Origin: Candidatus Bathyarchaeia archaeon
Lineage (GTDB): Archaea; Thermoproteota; Bathyarchaeia; Bathyarchaeales; Bathycorpusculaceae
Direction of reading: 5' to 3'
DNA: 64,000 bases
Assembly: GCA_049516875.1 (NCBI GenBank)
Contig: JBEKSS010000001.1
Location: 1-64,000 of the forward strand
The translations under genes were made by a program, and so were the position numbers. Below the pieces are notes generated by a model. It searched no databases, was not told where the DNA came from, and worked only from the letters and a program-made list of their open reading frames with translations. Positions 60,086 to 64,000 of the stretch are shown here, one piece after another (position 1 is the stretch's first letter; each line of letters begins with the position of its first letter).

Positions 60086-61634
60086 ATGGACAACAGCGAT
60101 TTCTTCCTGGGGTTTGCTGCTCATGCGCACACTAAGAGTGAGCTTGGAATCGATCAGGTGAAGGAGGAGCTGAGGAGGGCAAATAGCGCAGAGGAAGCTC
60201 AGCGGCTGGCAGAAATGGTTCTTGATAGGCTTGCAACAGACGTCTCAAAAAGCGGATGTAGGCTTGATGATGTGAAACTGTTGGTCCTGTATGTGAGTTA
60301 CAGGGGAGAACCCGAAGAGAAGGATACTGTGATGTGCGAATCGATTCTGCGGTGCATCAAAGAGAGATTTGAGAAAGGTTCTGCTGCAAACCAGGTCCGA
60401 CTAATCGGACATACGACGGGTGGCGAACTGGAGAACGAAGACCTTGTGCTGAAGGAGGTTTCAGACATCGGGTACAATGGTTTGTCTCTTTTGGCTCTGG
60501 TTACAAACTTTCCAATAGGCGTGGGGCGAACTTGGAGTCTTCGAACGGCAAAGGAAGCAGGAGAGCAAGGGATGGAGATGGCTCGTGATGCGAGCGTTGA
60601 TTTCAGCCAACAGACTACAAACAAAGAGCAGCTACAAACTGGAAAGACTCTGCTTGTATTGACGCAAGGATCGAAAGTTGACACTCCAGGTTATGAGCAT
60701 TTCCTAGCCGAGGGAATTGCCAACTTCATGGGCAGCAACCGCGACGCAAGAATAGTGAACGTAATAGGCGGGAGCAGCGGTGATGGAATGACTGGCAAGG
60801 TTATTCATCAATTCTATGGCAGTTTGAAAGGGCAATCACAGTTTAGAGTTCTTGATGGTGAAGCAGTATGTGCTTTGATTCCCAACTTGCGTGAGACCTC
60901 TATAGGTGTCGACATAGGAACAGGAACGAGAATTGGAAGGCAGCACATATTTCATTTTGACCGTGAGAAGGAACTCCACTTCAAGTACGTTAAACGCATC
61001 GGCAACTAGGATTCTTGTACAAAGTATGCCAACATGATTTATGAAAATGAAGTTCGACTATCCAAGGAAAAGGGCTTGCCAATAGTTGACAAAAAAGTCA
61101 TTATACAGGGAATTTCCGATGCCCGCGCACAAAAAAGAATTTTAGTGTTCAATCCTATTCTGTACAGATACGCTTTCGCTTTTCCTTTTGGCAACTATGT
61201 TGCTAATGTCCCTCTGCGAGTGGTAGACGAAGATCTTGAACTTATCTTTCCAGTTAGAAGCTACACTCCCGAGATGCCAGGTTACTTTCATATTAGTTGA
61301 TCATGAGAAAATTCAGAAAGGAGCTCGCCGCGTGCATGATATACTGAGAGTAGATCAGGGCTTCAACTCTTGCATGAACAGGAGACTGGTTGAGCTGATG
61401 GCTGGATGTATATCTGGGACTGAAGCTGAGATATTGAAAGAAGGGCTTTCATCAACTCAGGTTATAGGATTTCTGGCATATGGCGAGATGGCATTCACTC
61501 ATCTAATCCAAGAGCCATACTTTCACGCCGGCAGATGCTGGGGAATCACACTTCATTCCAAAACTGCAACAACCGAATCGAAGGAAAAGAAAACTGAACT
61601 TGGCATTAATGGCTGGATTAAAGGAAAAACATAG
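60086..61634 (+). pseudogene. Fragmented FIST-domain sensory protein
   Basis: LIGHTTGGE, VIGGSSGD, SCMNRR...E, VIGFLAYGE; in-frame TAG at 61007-61009 and a frameshift near 61290. Confidence 0.75.
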
Positions 61635-61919
61635 CCGGCAAACTAGTTTTGCAAGACTTGCAGAGCGCGCACAAAAATTCTCTCTTCAAACACTAGATGT
61701 GCAGCAATCTTATAGAGAGGCGATCGTTGGAGATGTTGCGAAGCTAATCAAATGCAAAGAACTGAAAAGTGCGCAGTGAACTTATGGAGCGCATCACTCC
61801 TTTTCTAGGCTTTCTGAGAATTTCAAGAAGAACAGGAAAATGACAGTTTTGTTACACTTTTCTGCTATAATTCCCCATGATTTTCCACGCTCTCAATAAG
61901 AACGCGAGCGTTTGTTTGG

Positions 61920-62678
61920 CTAGGTGTGAATGCTCGGTTCGTAGGGTGCTTTGACGTATGTTATGACTTCTACTGGGCATTCGCCTGAGAGTTTGAGGGT
62001 TTTTTTCCATTCTTCTCCTACGGCTATGAGGAGGAAGACTCCTGACATTTCGGCTTTGGCTTTTTTGACGAGGCTGACGAGTGCGGCTTGGGTTTCTCCG
62101 GTTTTGATCATGTCGTCGACGACGAGTACGCTGTCGCGTTTTTTGATGGCTTCTTTTGGGATGTAGAGAGTTGAGGTGACGCCTGAGCCTTTGAGGAGGA
62201 CGTAGGTTTCTTCGAGGAAGGCTTTGACGCCGATTTCTTTGGTTTTTTTTGCGACTACGAGGTTGACTCCGAGGGTGTTTGCGACCATGGTTGCGAGGGG
62301 TACGCCGTCGACGGCGACTGAGAGGACTTTTGTGACGCGTTTTCCAGCGAAATTCGCGAGGGCGTGGTTGGCGGCTTGTTGGAGGATGTTGTAGTCGCCT
62401 ATGATTTCGGTGTTGTCGAAGTAGCCGTCTTCGTCGAATTTTATTCTGCTGCGCAGTTCGGGTTCGAGGCCGACGAGTCTTGTGAGAACTTTCCAGAGCT
62501 GTTTTGCTCTGGCGGTGTTGGGCAGGACGTGGCCTTTCGCGTATCGGCTGAGGACGGTTACGGGCAGGCCGGTTTTCGAAGCGAGTTCGCGGTAGGTTAT
62601 GTTTCGTTTGTACTTTGCGGTTCTGAGAAGTTCTATGGTCATCAACCTGAGTTTCAAATCTTCCGCATGCGTGCTCAT
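61920..62678 (-). CDS. HTH + purine phosphoribosyltransferase (PurR/APRT-like)
   Basis: TYRELASKTGLPVTVLSRY HTH; VLVVDDMIKTGET PRPP motif. Confidence 0.9.
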   Translation of the reverse strand: MSTHAEDLKLRLMTIELLRTAKYKRNITYRELASKTGLPVTVLSRYAKGHVLPNTARAKQLWKVLTRLVGLEPELRSRIKFDEDGYFDNTEIIGDYNILQQAANHALANFAGKRVTKVLSVAVDGVPLATMVANTLGVNLVVAKKTKEIGVKAFLEETYVLLKGSGVTSTLYIPKEAIKKRDSVLVVDDMIKTGETQAALVSLVKKAKAEMSGVFLLIAVGEEWKKTLKLSGECPVEVITYVKAPYEPSIHT

Positions 62679-62825
62679 AACAACAGCCTCTTATACACTG
62701 ATAAGTCAAACCTTAACGTGTTCCCCTTCTATTATTGCACTAGCGATATATACTTTGCTGGGTGTGAGAAAACGCCATGTCTGCGGGCTGCTAGGGTCTT
62801 CTGCGAACCTTTCGTTTGAGGCTGC

Positions 62826-62898
62826 GCATGTTGAGGTTCGAGCTCTTGCTTTTGAGTACTCAATCCGTGGTTTTTTTGAGGCTCAAACGGTTGATGGC
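62826..62898 (-). repeat. Dispersed repeat, copy D (core 62847-62887)
   Basis: Core 41/41 identical to copy A in inverted orientation. Confidence 0.9.
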
Positions 62899-62952
62899 CT
62901 GCGAGTCTTGTTGGTTTTCCTTTGGTTTATAGTGTGTGCTGAAATGGGGTGT

Positions 62953-63999
62953 TTATGCTTCTTGTTTTGTCTCTGGTCCCGTCTTTGATTTTGTTTCAGG
63001 TTTCGTTTCTGGTGCTGTCTTTGTTTCCGCTTTTGGTGGGGTTTCTGCCTCTTTTTCTGTTTCGGGTTTTGTCTTTGGTTTTCTTATTGCGAGGTAAGCT
63101 GTTGTTGCCACGAGGATGGCGGTAACGGCTATGAAGGTGTACACTAGGTCTGTGTAGAATGTTAGGTCGTTCTGTGTTGACGTTTTGTAATCGTTGAGGG
63201 TTGTGTTTAGGCTGTTGATGGAGGAGTTTAGAGAGTTTAGGGTTGCTTGCAGCTGGTTGTAGCTGGTTTGGAGGCTGGAATAGTCTTGTAGATGTTGTTG
63301 GTAGGACGCGTTCAGACTGTTGAAACTTTTTTGGAGTTGGCCGTAGTTTTGTAGCAGCTGGTTGTAGGTGGTGTTTAGGTCTGCGATTTGGGAGAGGAGT
63401 TGGCCGTTAGTGTCTGCGAGTTGATTGTAGCTCGAGTTTAACGCTTTGAGGTCTGTTGTGAGTTCGGACAGTTTGAGTATTAAGTTTCGATAGGCTGTTC
63501 TTATTTCGTCAGTTTCAGGAGAGAAGGGACGCATCAGTGGATAGTTGTCATGGTTGCTGGAGTCAATGACGTAGGGAGTGTCTCCTATCCAGTCAAGACC
63601 CGTCATGTTCTGGTAGGGTCCGCTGTGCACGTCCTCTCCAGCATAGTCACTCCAGTAGTTTCCGGCGGAAGCGTAGCCGTTGTCCCAGGAACTGTTCTGT
63701 GAATTGTGAGTGTAGGCTTGGAGGCTGTTGTTTTCGAAGTTGTTGTGGAAGATTCTGGTGTTGGCGGAGTAGATGAGTTCGACGCCGTAGTCGGTGTTGT
63801 TTGTTATGTTGTTTTCAAGAATACTTGTGTCTGAACAGCCGCCTTGTTCGGGGTATCCGACCGTTATGCCTCTTAGATTTGAGGCTATGTTGTTTCCGAT
63901 TATGATGGTGTTGTTTGAAGAACCTAGTCTGATGCCGTCTTCGTTGTTTGTTATGTTATTTCTAGCCAGGACGTTGTCCGAGCCGCCGACGCCGAAATA
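62953..63999 (-). CDS. NosD/CASH parallel beta-helix surface protein with coiled coil and TM anchor (5' partial)
   Basis: Frame open to the window edge; NNIT.N..GI repeats, IFHNNF, WDNGY..GNYWSDY, GDTPY, DNYPL; Lys/Pro/Glu/Thr-rich repeat tail. Confidence 0.88.
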   Translation of the reverse strand, partial: YFGVGGSDNVLARNNITNNEDGIRLGSSNNTIIIGNNIASNLRGITVGYPEQGGCSDTSILENNITNNTDYGVELIYSANTRIFHNNFENNSLQAYTHNSQNSSWDNGYASAGNYWSDYAGEDVHSGPYQNMTGLDWIGDTPYVIDSSNHDNYPLMRPFSPETDEIRTAYRNLILKLSELTTDLKALNSSYNQLADTNGQLLSQIADLNTTYNQLLQNYGQLQKSFNSLNASYQQHLQDYSSLQTSYNQLQATLNSLNSSINSLNTTLNDYKTSTQNDLTFYTDLVYTFIAVTAILVATTAYLAIRKPKTKPETEKEAETPPKAETKTAPETKPETKSKTGPETKQEA

Positions 64000-64000
64000 T

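Noticed and set aside
61007-61009. Pyrrolysine read-through of the in-frame TAG
   Set aside because: No pyl genes in the window, and a second lesion (frameshift) indicates pseudogenisation.

Overview
Archaeal chromosomal segment. Gene content and style (tiaS, tsr3, a tRNA-splicing endonuclease subunit, an intron-containing tRNA, large surface proteins, a solo-Cas1 fragment) suggest Bathyarchaeia/TACK; this is inference. Most of the window is housekeeping and metabolic genes: a pstSCAB-phoU operon, alaS, leuS, hisS, tiaS, nnr, citG, carbamate kinase, pepF, HtrA, mtnA and ECF/ABC transport parts. The main hotspot follows a two-intron tRNA-Arg(UCU) at 43842-43955. There, four copies of a 17-bp quasi-palindrome, GGATAA(A/G)ACTT(T/C)ACCC(C/T), in alternating orientation divide about 4.5 kb into gene-sized modules. 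One module holds an HNH nuclease, a solo-Cas1 (casposase-like) fragment and orphan genes; another holds a single GNAT gene. A fifth copy of the motif lies at 194-210. The motifs are flanked by stuttered CA/GT-rich sequence rather than target-site duplications, which suggests a casposon-derived gene-cassette system. Other notable signals: intergenic GCGCGC runs marking gene and fragment junctions, a MITE family, a 41-bp double-palindrome repeat, an unannotated secreted micro-peptide beside a double-Lrp regulator, an in-frame deletion in pstB and an eL22-like protein. Family assignments come from motif recognition only; no searches were run.
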